Positions 29,642 through 39,826 of a stretch of 57,188 bases of DNA are shown one piece after another. A program made the translations under genes and the position numbers. This stretch comes from a virus. Its lineage: Duplodnaviria > Caudoviricetes. The stretch covers positions 1-57,188 of the IMG/VR virus record IMGVR_UViG_3300032236_000645. One strand, written 5' to 3'. The notes beneath the pieces are model-generated. The model was not told where the DNA came from. It did not search any database and saw only the letters and a list, made by a program, of their open reading frames with translations. How positions within the stretch are numbered: the stretch's first letter is position 1; each line of letters opens with the position of its first letter.

Positions 29642-30033
29642 AAAAAATCATATTAAGTTGTTTACTAACTTTATCGTTAAGTGGTTGTGTAGTATATGAT
29701 GCTTTCTTTATGGCCAAGTATGATAATAACGAATATGGTTTAATTACCAGAATTAAAACATTAGCTGAAACAGCTGAATGTTCTGATAAAGATAATATTG
29801 CTGAATCTGCTAAACAAATTTGGATTTACTCAGTTGAACTTAAAAACTTCACACAATATATTCCAAGAAATGAACAAGCCAATGATATGGCTACAAAGTT
29901 AGCAGAAGTAACAAAAGGTTTACACAATAAGCACGGCGAAATGAGTAATGTATACTGTGAAGAAAAACTAAAAGTAATTACTAAGACCTCCGATGTTATA
30001 CAAAAAGCTTTAGGGAGTAAACCAAGATGGTAG
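29638..30033 (+). CDS. Lipoprotein of unknown function
   Basis: Lipobox LSGC. Confidence 0.7.
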   Translation: MKKIILSCLLTLSLSGCVVYDAFFMAKYDNNEYGLITRIKTLAETAECSDKDNIAESAKQIWIYSVELKNFTQYIPRNEQANDMATKLAEVTKGLHNKHGEMSNVYCEEKLKVITKTSDVIQKALGSKPRW

Positions 30034-30236
30034 ATATTAAAACGATTACAATTATGGTAGAATCTGTAACACAGAAATATGAAAACGGTGATTTGACAAA
30101 AGAAGAGTATTTGGAATTAGTACAGGACATTAATACTTCTAATTTAGTTGCTAACACCGCTAAAGAAGTTGAAGACCTTGCTAATCTGAATAGAATGTTA
30201 AATAACATAGTTACCGGTTTATCATTGGTAGCATAA
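30027..30236 (+). CDS. Hypothetical protein
   Basis: Coupled ORF within the lysis cassette. Confidence 0.55.
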   Translation: MVDIKTITIMVESVTQKYENGDLTKEEYLELVQDINTSNLVANTAKEVEDLANLNRMLNNIVTGLSLVA

Positions 30237-30246
30237 GGAGATAGCA

Positions 30247-30570
30247 GTGCCTACAAAAATAGAAGAAAAAGAAGAATTATCAGTAACACCAATTGTAGAT
30301 AAAGACCAAGAAGATTGGATGACAAAAAAATGGCGTCCTATGATGGCTATGGTTTACATGGCTATTAATTTATTTGACTTTATCATTGGCCCAATTCTTT
30401 ATAATATTTTACAATATTTAAATCCAGGCCAACAAGTCGGTATGTGGCAACCATTAACACTACAAGGTGGTGGTTTAATTCATATCGCTTTTGGTGCTAT
30501 TCTAGGTATCTCTGCTTGGACTCGTGGCCAAGAGAAGATTAAGAAAATCGAAACTGGTGCGGATGAATAA
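30247..30570 (+). CDS. Putative holin
   Basis: WRP.M motif, two TMs, GA.LG..AW.R..EK tail; in lysis cassette. Confidence 0.65.
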   Translation: MPTKIEEKEELSVTPIVDKDQEDWMTKKWRPMMAMVYMAINLFDFIIGPILYNILQYLNPGQQVGMWQPLTLQGGGLIHIAFGAILGISAWTRGQEKIKKIETGADE

Positions 30571-31004
30571 TGGCGGAGAGAGATACCGAAATAAAAGTGG
30601 ATGTTGAGGTGTTGAAAACACAAGTAGGCACCTTAACTAAACTTTGTGAAAAGATGGATACGGTTATTGAAAAACTAGTAGACCATCAAGGGGTTCTTAT
30701 TAATCAAATATACGATGACATGGATAAACGTAAAGACGCTATCTATGGAGACATTAAGGATTTATACAACCGAGTTAATACCATGGATAAAGAGTTGACT
30801 GAAAAGTTGGAGAAGAGTGAAGAGCGAATCACTCTTAAACTTGAAGCTTTAACTGAAAAAATCAAACAACATGCCGATAGCGAAGATAAACTTATAGCTC
30901 TTTTAGCTAAGTATAAGTGGCCATTGCTTATTGGTATTATCGTCATTTCATGGTTGACAAGTCATGTTGGTCCTGATACAATACTCAAACTTATTATGAA
31001 ATAG
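30570..31004 (+). CDS. Coiled-coil protein with C-terminal TM
   Basis: Heptad pattern then hydrophobic tail. Confidence 0.65.
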   Translation: MAERDTEIKVDVEVLKTQVGTLTKLCEKMDTVIEKLVDHQGVLINQIYDDMDKRKDAIYGDIKDLYNRVNTMDKELTEKLEKSEERITLKLEALTEKIKQHADSEDKLIALLAKYKWPLLIGIIVISWLTSHVGPDTILKLIMK

Positions 31005-31024
31005 TAAAGTTTTGAGATTATATT

Positions 31025-32026
31025 ATGAGCATTTACATTGATAGACAATTCCTGCTACGGGTTTCACCAAAATTACAAAGGTTCGTCCAGAAAAAGACGG
31101 ACCTTTATAATTTCCGTTGCCCATTCTGTGGCGACTCTCAGAAGAATAAATCTAAATGTCGTGGATTCGTTTTCCGTAAGAAGAACGATTACTACTTCAC
31201 ATGCCACAACTGTGGCGTAGGTCATACATTCTATAACTTCTTGGCTCATGTTGAACCATCAATGGTTAAAGAATATCAGTTAGAACGATACAAAGATGGA
31301 CAAACAGGTAATCATAATTACCCTAAACCAGAAACAATGGTTAATATCCCTAAGCCAGTATTCAAAGAACGAATTAAATTGGATAATATATACTCTTTAC
31401 CTGATGGACACTTTGCTAAAGAATATGTAAAGAACCGTAAGATTCCAGAAAGCAAGTGGACTGAGTTATATTTTGCACCAGACTTTGCTGAGTTTGTTGC
31501 CAGTTATGGTATTGAGAAACAACTCAATAAGGATGATGCAAGACTAATCATTCCATTCTATGACAAGGATAAGAATCTATTTGCTTTTCAAGGAAGAGCA
31601 TTAGGTGAGTCCAAACTTAAATATATAACTGTGAAGCTAGAAGAAGATGCTAAAAAGTTATATGGTCTTGACCTTGTAGATTTAAGTAAGAAGGTCTATG
31701 TAGTAGAAGGTCCAATTGATTCGATGTACCTAGACAACTGTATTGCGACCGCTGATGCTAATCTTGCATTTGCATCCGAAGTGTCTGATAATATTGTTTT
31801 GGTAAATGATAATGAACCTCGAAATAAAGAAATCGTAAGACAAATCAAAGATAATATCAAGGCTGGTTATTCCGTCTGTCTATGGCCTGATACTATTGTT
31901 GAAAAAGACATCAATGACATGATTATATCTGGATTGACAAAAGAGAAGATTATGACTATAATAGATGAGCATACATATTCAGGACTACGAGCTGAATTTG
32001 AATTTAATAATTGGAGAAAAGTATGA
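31025..32026 (+). CDS. 61: DNA primase gp61
   Basis: RCPFCGDS...CHNC Zn finger, FQGRAL, VEGPIDS, DNEPRN, KDIND. Confidence 0.95.
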   Translation: MSIYIDRQFLLRVSPKLQRFVQKKTDLYNFRCPFCGDSQKNKSKCRGFVFRKKNDYYFTCHNCGVGHTFYNFLAHVEPSMVKEYQLERYKDGQTGNHNYPKPETMVNIPKPVFKERIKLDNIYSLPDGHFAKEYVKNRKIPESKWTELYFAPDFAEFVASYGIEKQLNKDDARLIIPFYDKDKNLFAFQGRALGESKLKYITVKLEEDAKKLYGLDLVDLSKKVYVVEGPIDSMYLDNCIATADANLAFASEVSDNIVLVNDNEPRNKEIVRQIKDNIKAGYSVCLWPDTIVEKDINDMIISGLTKEKIMTIIDEHTYSGLRAEFEFNNWRKV

Positions 32027-32700
32027 AAGTGAATTTAATCTCTTACTCACAGGGAACTGATGGTAAGAATCTATTGGATCAAGTGGCATATGCCGCTCGT
32101 GTATCTAATCCTGCCAACCAAAACAACACGGATACATCCGAGAAGTTAGTTCGTTACCTAATCAAGCACCAACACTGGTCTCCATTGGAAATGGTGTCGG
32201 TTTGTTTGGAGATTGATACAACACGTGATATTGCTCGCCAAATCTTACGCCATCGTTCATTCTCATTCCAAGAGTTCTCACAACGATATGCAGACCCAAC
32301 TAACGATTTGGGTTTTGTAACCCGTGATGCTCGATTGCAAGATACTAAGAACCGTCAAAATTCTATTGAAATTTCAGAAGAAGATATATACACATCTGAC
32401 CGTGCTGCCATTTTGGTTAATAATTGGGAAGATAAACAACAACAAGCAATCTCTTTTGCTCAACAAACATATAAATGGGCTATTGACAATGGGATTGCTA
32501 AAGAACAAGCCAGAGCCGTTTTACCTGAAGGTCTAACCACATCAAGATTGTATATGAACGGAACCTTGCGTTCTTGGGTTCACTATATACAATTAAGGTC
32601 TGCAAACGGAACACAGAAAGAACACCGTGAGATTGCTATCGCTTGTGCTGAAGCAATCAAACCTATTTTCCCTATGATTGAGGAGTTTCTAAGTGAGTGA
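32023..32700 (+). CDS. thyX: Flavin-dependent thymidylate synthase
   Basis: RHRSFSFQEFSQRY signature, HWSPLE. Confidence 0.95.
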   Translation: MKVNLISYSQGTDGKNLLDQVAYAARVSNPANQNNTDTSEKLVRYLIKHQHWSPLEMVSVCLEIDTTRDIARQILRHRSFSFQEFSQRYADPTNDLGFVTRDARLQDTKNRQNSIEISEEDIYTSDRAAILVNNWEDKQQQAISFAQQTYKWAIDNGIAKEQARAVLPEGLTTSRLYMNGTLRSWVHYIQLRSANGTQKEHREIAIACAEAIKPIFPMIEEFLSE

Positions 32701-33205
32701 TAATGAATTGAATATGAAAGCCACACCGGCTTCAGACGTTGATACTATTAAATGGTTAATGGAACAGGTCAACAGAAGTAATGAGCAAGAAACTAAACTT
32801 ATGGCGAACATCAACAAACTGATGCGTCACATATTTGAGTTAAAATCAATTCCCAACATGTACGGTGACGTAAAGACCTTTATTGAGGCATGTGACCAAC
32901 CAAGAAGTGAAGAAAACGGCCAATTATACAGAGGATTGATGTCGGAAGAATATACCGAATTCATGGACGCTTACCATAATGTGGATAAGGTTGAAGAACT
33001 AGATGCATGTATGGATTTAATTTGGGTAACACTTGGATATTGTTATATGAACGGTTGGGATGTAGAAGGTGCATGGCATGAAGTCGCTCGTTCTAATCTG
33101 TCAAAGATTAATCCAGAAACGGGTAAAGTAATAAAAAGAGAAGATGGGAAAGTTTTGAAACCTGAAGGTTGGACTCCACCATCGTTAGAACAATTTACAA
33201 AATAA
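32693..33205 (+). CDS. MazG/PRA-PH-like nucleotide pyrophosphohydrolase
   Basis: EE..E...E.LD...D, SNLSK, REDGKVLKP. Confidence 0.85.
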   Translation: MSDNELNMKATPASDVDTIKWLMEQVNRSNEQETKLMANINKLMRHIFELKSIPNMYGDVKTFIEACDQPRSEENGQLYRGLMSEEYTEFMDAYHNVDKVEELDACMDLIWVTLGYCYMNGWDVEGAWHEVARSNLSKINPETGKVIKREDGKVLKPEGWTPPSLEQFTK

Positions 33206-33221
33206 TAATAAGGCATTAACT

Positions 33222-35024
33222 ATGGAATATCTTGGCATTAATATTGATTTGGAACGTGACAAACTGTTTGACGAACTAGGCCTCAAACGCCTACGAGAAT
33301 CGTATATGATGGAAGAAGAAACTTCTCCTCAACAACGATTTGCTTATGTGTCAAGTAAGTTTGGTAGTAATCCAGAACACGCTCAACGTTTGTATGATTA
33401 CTCCAGTCAACACTGGTTATCATATGCAACACCAATCTTAGCATTTGGCAAATCAAGTAAAGGAATGCCTATTTCATGTTTCCTTAACTTCATCAATGAT
33501 ACAGCTGAAGGCCTAGTTGAAAACCTATCAGAGACTAATTGGTTGTCAATGATGGGAGGCGGTGTTGGTATTGGTTTCGGTATTCGTGCTGCTGGTGAGA
33601 AGTCAACTGGTGTTATGCCTCACATGAAGATATATGATGCTTCCTCACTCGCCTATCGTCAAGGAAAGACTCGTAGAGGTTCTTATGCAGCCTATTTGAA
33701 TATCTCTCACCCGGACATCATCCCGTTCTTGGAGATGCGTAAACCAACTGGTGACCCTAATGTTCGTTGTTTGAATATGCACCATGGTATCAACATTACA
33801 GATGATTTCATGCAAATCATTGAAAGATGTATGTTGGATCCTAATGCTAATGATGATTGGGAATTAAAAGACCCACATTCTAATGAAGTACGTGAAGTAG
33901 TATCTGCTAAATTGTTATGGCAAGAAATCCTAGAACTACGTATGCACACAGGTGAACCTTATATTCACTTTATTGATACTAGTAATAGACACTTACCACA
34001 ATGGTTGAAAGATAAGGGTTTAGAAGTACATCAATCGAACCTATGTTCTGAAATCATTTTACCAACTAACAAAGATAGAACAGCTGTATGTTGTCTATCA
34101 TCACTTAACTTGGAACACTACGATGATTGGAAAGATAACGAATTATTCTTACGGGACGTTGCTGAGATGCTTGATAATGTCCTACAATTTTTTATTGACA
34201 ATGCTCCTGATGCTATCGCTCGTGCTCGTTACAGTGCCAGTCGTGAGCGCTCTATTGGTATCGGTGCTTTGGGATGGCACGCTCTATTGCAAAGAAAAAA
34301 TATTGCATGGGAAGGCGCCTTGGCGAAGGGGTTAAACAACCAAATCTTTAGTAAAGTGAGGGCTAGATTAGATGAAGCAAATCAGCAATTGGGTAAAGAA
34401 CGTGGAGAAGCACCTGACGCAGAAGGTACGGGTAATCGTTTTAGTCATCTTATGGCTATTGCTCCTAACGCTTCTTCATCCATTATCATGGGTAATACAT
34501 CACCATCTATAGAACCATACAGAGCTAACGCTTATCGCCAAGACACACTATCAGGTTCGTTTCTTAATAAGAACAAATACTTAGATAAAGTCATTGAAGA
34601 TTACCTATCAGATGATAGTGGTGCTGTTAATACTGATGATTATAATGAAATTTGGTCAAGTATTATTGCCAACGATGGTAGTGTACAACACTTGAAGTGG
34701 ATGGATGATTATACTAAAGATGTATTCAAAACATCTATGGAAATTGACCAACGTTGGATTATTGAACATGCTGCTGACCGTCAACAATATATTGACCAAG
34801 CACAATCATTGAATTTATTCTTTAGACCTGATTCCAACATTAAATACATACATGCTATACATTTTACGGCATGGAAAAAAGGTGTTAAGACTTTATACTA
34901 CTGCCGTTCTGAAAAGATTGGTAAAGCTGATAAAGTATCCAAGAAAATTGAACGTGAAGTGATTAAAGAAATTGATATGACTCAAATCGCTCAAGGTAAT
35001 GATTGTATCGCTTGTGAAGGTTAA
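33222..35024 (+). CDS. nrdA: Class I ribonucleotide reductase alpha subunit (no ATP cone)
   Basis: ISCF, SNLCSEI, APNASSS, KTLYY, C-terminal CIACEG. Confidence 0.95.
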   Translation: MEYLGINIDLERDKLFDELGLKRLRESYMMEEETSPQQRFAYVSSKFGSNPEHAQRLYDYSSQHWLSYATPILAFGKSSKGMPISCFLNFINDTAEGLVENLSETNWLSMMGGGVGIGFGIRAAGEKSTGVMPHMKIYDASSLAYRQGKTRRGSYAAYLNISHPDIIPFLEMRKPTGDPNVRCLNMHHGINITDDFMQIIERCMLDPNANDDWELKDPHSNEVREVVSAKLLWQEILELRMHTGEPYIHFIDTSNRHLPQWLKDKGLEVHQSNLCSEIILPTNKDRTAVCCLSSLNLEHYDDWKDNELFLRDVAEMLDNVLQFFIDNAPDAIARARYSASRERSIGIGALGWHALLQRKNIAWEGALAKGLNNQIFSKVRARLDEANQQLGKERGEAPDAEGTGNRFSHLMAIAPNASSSIIMGNTSPSIEPYRANAYRQDTLSGSFLNKNKYLDKVIEDYLSDDSGAVNTDDYNEIWSSIIANDGSVQHLKWMDDYTKDVFKTSMEIDQRWIIEHAADRQQYIDQAQSLNLFFRPDSNIKYIHAIHFTAWKKGVKTLYYCRSEKIGKADKVSKKIEREVIKEIDMTQIAQGNDCIACEG

Positions 35025-35247
35025 TTTCGATATTAAATGGATTTCCACTGCTTTTTTCATCTTTGGTGGAACTAGTTGTGCATTAAAAACTCCATGGATG
35101 GCATATGCTTTCCCATGTTTTGTGATTGCTCATATGATTCTATTGTATGACTTTCACAGAACACATAAAAATAAGGCGTTGATGTTCCAGAACTTGTATT
35201 TTTTGGTAATCAACATAATAGCAACATATATTTGGTTTGTAGGATAA
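34999..35247 (+). CDS. Small membrane protein
   Basis: Three hydrophobic segments between nrdA and nrdB; start uncertain. Confidence 0.55.
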   Translation: MIVSLVKVNFDIKWISTAFFIFGGTSCALKTPWMAYAFPCFVIAHMILLYDFHRTHKNKALMFQNLYFLVINIIATYIWFVG

Positions 35248-35250
35248 AGA

Positions 35251-36240
35251 ATGATTAAGAAAATAGAACATAGATTAACAGAAGAACGCTCATACTTCAA
35301 ACCATTCAATTATCCGTGGGCTTATGATGCTTGGTTGAAACATGAACAATCTCATTGGTTACATACTGAAGTTCCAATGGCGGAAGATGTTAAAGATTGG
35401 AAGAAAAAGTTAACGGCTGGTGAAAAACAGTTTCTAACACATATCTTCCGTTTCTTTACTCAAGGTGACATTGATGTGGCGGGTGGATATGTTAAGAACT
35501 ATCTTCCATACTTCCCTCAACCTGAAGTTCGTATGATGTTGATGGGTTTCGCTGCTCGTGAAGCTTTACATATTGCCGCCTACTCACATCTCATTGAAAC
35601 ATTGGGTTTACCTGATGCCACATACAACGAATTCTTAGAATACGCAGAAATGAAAGAGAAACATGATTATGTCCTCGACATTAGCGCTAAGAACACAACA
35701 AAAGAAAATACGGCTACACATATTGCTGTATTCTCTGCCTTCACTGAGGGTATGCAGTTATTCAGTTCATTCATTATGTTGCTTAATTTCCCACGTATGG
35801 GTAAAATGAAAGGCATGGGCCAGATTGTTACTTGGTCTATTGTGGATGAAACACAACATGCTGAGAATATGATTAGACTATTCAGAACTTACATTGAAGA
35901 AAACCGTGAAATTTGGAATGACGATTTAAAATCACGTATTTACACTATTGCTGAAAGAATGGTAGAACTAGAAGACAAATTCATTGACCTAGCATTTAAT
36001 CTAGGACCAATGGAAGGCCTATCATCTGAAGATGTGAAGAAATACATTAGATACATTGCTGACCGTAGATTAATCTCTTTAGGTCTAAAAGGTATCTTCA
36101 AGGTTAAAAAGAATCCACTGCCATGGGTAGAGGAAATGATTAACGCACCAACACACACTAACTTCTTTGAGAATCGTGCAACAGATTACGCTAAAGGCGC
36201 TCTCTCAGGTAATTGGGGTGAAGTTTGGGCAACAGAATAA
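35251..36240 (+). CDS. nrdB: Ribonucleotide reductase beta subunit
   Basis: EALH..AY, EG.QLFSSF, DETQH, NFFENRATDY. Confidence 0.95.
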   Translation: MIKKIEHRLTEERSYFKPFNYPWAYDAWLKHEQSHWLHTEVPMAEDVKDWKKKLTAGEKQFLTHIFRFFTQGDIDVAGGYVKNYLPYFPQPEVRMMLMGFAAREALHIAAYSHLIETLGLPDATYNEFLEYAEMKEKHDYVLDISAKNTTKENTATHIAVFSAFTEGMQLFSSFIMLLNFPRMGKMKGMGQIVTWSIVDETQHAENMIRLFRTYIEENREIWNDDLKSRIYTIAERMVELEDKFIDLAFNLGPMEGLSSEDVKKYIRYIADRRLISLGLKGIFKVKKNPLPWVEEMINAPTHTNFFENRATDYAKGALSGNWGEVWATE

Positions 36241-36249
36241 GGGTAACAA

Positions 36250-36441
36250 ATGGCACAAAAACTAATAACAGCAGATTGTTCAAGCTGCGAATCTGGATTT
36301 GAAGTATCATACATGGAAGAATTAACATCCGAAGATTTACCACAATTTTGTCCGTTTTGTGGTGAAACCATCGAAGACATCCAAGAAGAATATATAGAGG
36401 ATGACGATGGTTATGAGGATGGTACGGAGTGGGACAACTAG
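36250..36441 (+). CDS. Zn-ribbon protein
   Basis: CSSC...CPFC, acidic tail. Confidence 0.7.
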   Translation: MAQKLITADCSSCESGFEVSYMEELTSEDLPQFCPFCGETIEDIQEEYIEDDDGYEDGTEWDN

Positions 36442-36884
36442 AATGGGTTTACAATAATAAAATATTCACTGAAAATGATATTGACAATAATATTGGTTTC
36501 GTGTATATTATCACAAATACGGTAACTAATAGAAAGTATATTGGTAAAAAATTGTTTTGGTCTTCTAAAACTAAACAAGTGAATAAGAAGAAGAAACGAT
36601 TTAAAGTGCCGTCAGACTGGCAAGACTATTATGGTTCTAATGATGCTCTTAAGAAGGATGTTGAATCCCTCGGTAAAGATAAATTCACTAGAACCATTTT
36701 ACACGTTTGTAGGTCAAAAGGTGAATGTTCTTACTTGGAAGCAAAAGAACAGTTTGTTAATGGTGTAATTGAGAGTGATGAATACTATAATGTATGGATT
36801 ATGGTCCGTGTTAGAGATTCCCACATTAAACAGTTGATTGAAAGTAAAAATGAATCCAACATTCAAAAAAATGAAAGAGGCTAA
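36429..36884 (+). CDS. GIY-YIG endonuclease (EndoII/denA-like position)
   Basis: GFVY.ITN...YIGKK, YYGS, E, YYN; follows nrdB. Confidence 0.8.
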   Translation: MGQLEWVYNNKIFTENDIDNNIGFVYIITNTVTNRKYIGKKLFWSSKTKQVNKKKKRFKVPSDWQDYYGSNDALKKDVESLGKDKFTRTILHVCRSKGECSYLEAKEQFVNGVIESDEYYNVWIMVRVRDSHIKQLIESKNESNIQKNERG

Positions 36885-37206
36885 TGTAGATGCCATCACA
36901 TTTGTTCCTGATCCAGATAATAATGAAGATACAATAATACATGGCTTGACATACAAAGATAAAGGTGAGACAATAGGTGCATCTTCAATGGGTGACTTAT
37001 TTGATATCATCCTTTTCCGTGAGAATGAAGAAACCTTTTATGATAACGAACAATTTGAAGCAATTTTAGTTTGTCCGTATACATATAGCGAGAAGATGAT
37101 GAATGATGGTCATTTTGGCATGATTGCTAGAAAAACCACTACATCAGCAGCCATTGTAGAACCATTTAGAACTAATATTAACAATTTGATAGGTCAACCA
37201 ATATAA
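36850..37206 (+). CDS. Hypothetical protein
   Basis: Coupled ORF. Confidence 0.6.
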   Translation: MNPTFKKMKEANVDAITFVPDPDNNEDTIIHGLTYKDKGETIGASSMGDLFDIILFRENEETFYDNEQFEAILVCPYTYSEKMMNDGHFGMIARKTTTSAAIVEPFRTNINNLIGQPI

Positions 37207-38288
37207 TGCGTATCACAAGTGTAAAAGAAGTCGAGCAAAAAATTGTTTCTGGTGGTGAACCAGATTTCACTAAGTCAAATGTCTCTATTGCTCAAGCTCT
37301 TAATTGGTATAGTTATTATAAAGATTATAAGGATAGTAAAAACTACCTTATATCTCATATGACTAAAAAGAACTATGCTAAAGAAGATATCCACAAAATA
37401 TCCACTAAAGTACCTGATAGTCTTGTTTCAAATACAGGATTTGTATGCCGTATACTTGAGCGTGGCGCAGGATTAGATGTCAAACAGTTAAATTGGATTG
37501 CCGACAAGATTCATTATCTTCTATCTATAGCAGATAAACCAAAAGATGAAGAAGAAGATGATAAACCTAAAGTTAATATCCAGGAACGCATCCAAGAACA
37601 ATCCTCAGAGTATATTGGTGAATTAGAGGGATTCTTAGATGAATATAAGACTGCGTTTAATCCATATGAATGGATGGCAACCAATGGTGTTAAGGCGGTT
37701 CATGCTCGTAAGATTGCATCACACTTTATACCAAAACTAACGGAACCAGTATTGGTCTTGTCTGGTAAAGGTGGAGAAGATTTAGAAGAAGCATATAGTT
37801 GTTTCACTAAAGCAAATATTAAAAAATATGTGGCATTTATTGAACAAATCATTGTTGATGCTAATCGGATTGTTAACAATTCTAAGGTTTCACGTAAACC
37901 TAGAAAAACTAAGAAACCAACGGCAGACAAGTTGACTGCTAAGATGCAATATAAGAAAGAGGATGTAGAGTTTAAAGTGGTGAGTATCAGTCCTATTGAG
38001 ATTGTTGGTGCTAAACAACTTTGGGTGTTTAATACTAAAACAAGAAAATTAGGGGTATATAATGCGGAATCTCCAAATGGTCTATCTGTTAAAGGAACTT
38101 CAATAAATGCCTATGAATCCAATTCGTCAAGCTCTAAGACACTCCGCAAGCCAAATGATGTATTACAGGCTCTCGTCAAAGGAACAGAACGCAAATACAA
38201 AACCACATTTGACGGAATCAAAGCGGCCGAACAGCCCTTGACAGGACGCATCAATACTGATACAATCCTTTTGAAAGTATTCAAATAA
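37206..38288 (+). CDS. Conserved T4-like hypothetical protein
   Basis: ALNWY, IQERI, FNTK.RKL, KTLRKP, GRIN motifs. Confidence 0.7.
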   Translation: MRITSVKEVEQKIVSGGEPDFTKSNVSIAQALNWYSYYKDYKDSKNYLISHMTKKNYAKEDIHKISTKVPDSLVSNTGFVCRILERGAGLDVKQLNWIADKIHYLLSIADKPKDEEEDDKPKVNIQERIQEQSSEYIGELEGFLDEYKTAFNPYEWMATNGVKAVHARKIASHFIPKLTEPVLVLSGKGGEDLEEAYSCFTKANIKKYVAFIEQIIVDANRIVNNSKVSRKPRKTKKPTADKLTAKMQYKKEDVEFKVVSISPIEIVGAKQLWVFNTKTRKLGVYNAESPNGLSVKGTSINAYESNSSSSKTLRKPNDVLQALVKGTERKYKTTFDGIKAAEQPLTGRINTDTILLKVFK

Positions 38289-38298
38289 GGTATATAAA

Positions 38299-39144
38299 AT
38301 GGTTTTAATTGACTTAAATCAAGTATTGTTATCAGGACTCATGGCTCAAATTTCTGGCCAAAAGAACACCAAACTGGAAGAAAGTTTAGTACGACATTTA
38401 GTTCTAAATATTCTCCGTATGCACATTAAAAACTTCAAATCTGAGTATGGTGAAGTTATCCTTTGTTGTGATAACCGTACATACTGGAGAAAAGAAGTAT
38501 TTCCATTCTATAAAGCTGGCCGTAAGAAATCCAGAGAGAAATCTGACTTGGATTGGCATCTTATCTTCGATATTCTAGGAAATATCAAAAATGAACTGAA
38601 AGAATACTTCCCATACAAGGTTATTGATGTGGAAAATGCTGAAGCTGACGATATTATCGGTACTTTGGTGCCACGTTACGCTCCGCATGAGAAAATTCTC
38701 ATTCTTTCGTCTGATGGAGACTTTTTACAGTTACAATCACATGAAAGTGTGAAGCAATACAATCCGGTATTGAAGAAATTCTTAAAATCTCACAATCCGG
38801 CGCTAGAATTAAAAGAGAAAATCATTAGAGGTGATAAAGGTGACGGAATTCCTAACATTTTATCAGCTTCGAACTGTTTTGTCACAGAAACTAAGCAAAA
38901 ATCTATCACAAAAGGCAAATTAGCAGATTTTCTGAATGAAAGTCCAGAGAACTATGATGAAAACTCAAAGATTGGTTACAGTCGTAACAAAACATTGATT
39001 GATTTGACATGTATACCTGAAGAGGTTAAGCAAAGAATCATCAAAGCCTACGAGGAAACACCTGTGGCACCTCGGAACAAACTTTTAAACTACTTCATAT
39101 CAAAGAAACTAACAAATTTGATTGACGTAATCGGAGATTTTTAA
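38299..39144 (+). CDS. rnh: T4-type RNase H / 5'-3' exonuclease
   Basis: LIDLNQ, YKAGR, EADDIIG, SSDGDF.QL, GD.GDGIPN. Confidence 0.93.
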   Translation: MVLIDLNQVLLSGLMAQISGQKNTKLEESLVRHLVLNILRMHIKNFKSEYGEVILCCDNRTYWRKEVFPFYKAGRKKSREKSDLDWHLIFDILGNIKNELKEYFPYKVIDVENAEADDIIGTLVPRYAPHEKILILSSDGDFLQLQSHESVKQYNPVLKKFLKSHNPALELKEKIIRGDKGDGIPNILSASNCFVTETKQKSITKGKLADFLNESPENYDENSKIGYSRNKTLIDLTCIPEEVKQRIIKAYEETPVAPRNKLLNYFISKKLTNLIDVIGDF

Positions 39145-39566
39145 TGAACAGAATATGGGAAATATTGGAAGAGTGTAAATTGTGTGAAACAGTACCTCAA
39201 ATCCAACAAATTTTGGCTAGGAATGACACACCGGCACTAAGAGAGGTGTTATTGTGTGCTTATCACCCTAACGCAAAGTGGTATTTTACTGATTTTCCTC
39301 AAGGTTATCGTAAACAAGACACACTTCCAGGCGTTTCACACATGAACTTGTATACGGAAGTCAAAAAACTATACATGTTTTCAGTTGGCAACCCAACGGC
39401 AGATGCCTTAACACAAGACCGTAGACATGTCTTACTAGTAAATCTACTAGAAGGATTAGAAAATGAAGAAGCACAGTTGGTAATTGATATTTTTAAAGGT
39501 GATTTACAGATTGATGGTCTAAACAAAGACACAATCAATCAAGTATTTCCAGGTTTAATCTCATAA
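39144..39566 (+). CDS. Conserved T4-like hypothetical protein
   Basis: L..E...LY.F, LLEGL...EA, FPGL. Confidence 0.7.
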   Translation: MNRIWEILEECKLCETVPQIQQILARNDTPALREVLLCAYHPNAKWYFTDFPQGYRKQDTLPGVSHMNLYTEVKKLYMFSVGNPTADALTQDRRHVLLVNLLEGLENEEAQLVIDIFKGDLQIDGLNKDTINQVFPGLIS

Positions 39567-39576
39567 GGAGTGAGAA

Positions 39577-39756
39577 GTGACTAAGTTTGTAGGTAAGTTT
39601 CGTAAAAATCAAGAATATTCCGATGATTATAAGACTATGAATAGAAAAGAGAAACCACGAAACGAACACGGTGAAATAAAGAAAGTATTAACCCGTGATA
39701 TGCAAGAGGGTTATGAGTATGACGAGATGGATGATTTCGAAACAAGCTATAATTAG
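39577..39756 (+). CDS. Small hypothetical protein (59 aa)
   Basis: AAGGAG RBS, GTG start; below the ORF-track cutoff. Confidence 0.55.
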   Translation: MTKFVGKFRKNQEYSDDYKTMNRKEKPRNEHGEIKKVLTRDMQEGYEYDEMDDFETSYN

Positions 39757-39759
39757 TGC

Positions 39760-39788
39760 TTGACAAATCGCAATTATTGTGAGATAAT
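39760..39788 (+). promoter_or_regulatory. sigma70-type promoter
   Basis: TTGACA-17 bp-GATAAT. Confidence 0.7.
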
Positions 39789-39826
39789 ACATCATACTTT
39801 AAAAAAAGTGATGGAAATATTATATT

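Noticed and set aside
6355-36240. Introns or inteins in gp43, gp41, thyX, nrdA, nrdB
   Set aside because: All are uninterrupted and of ordinary length
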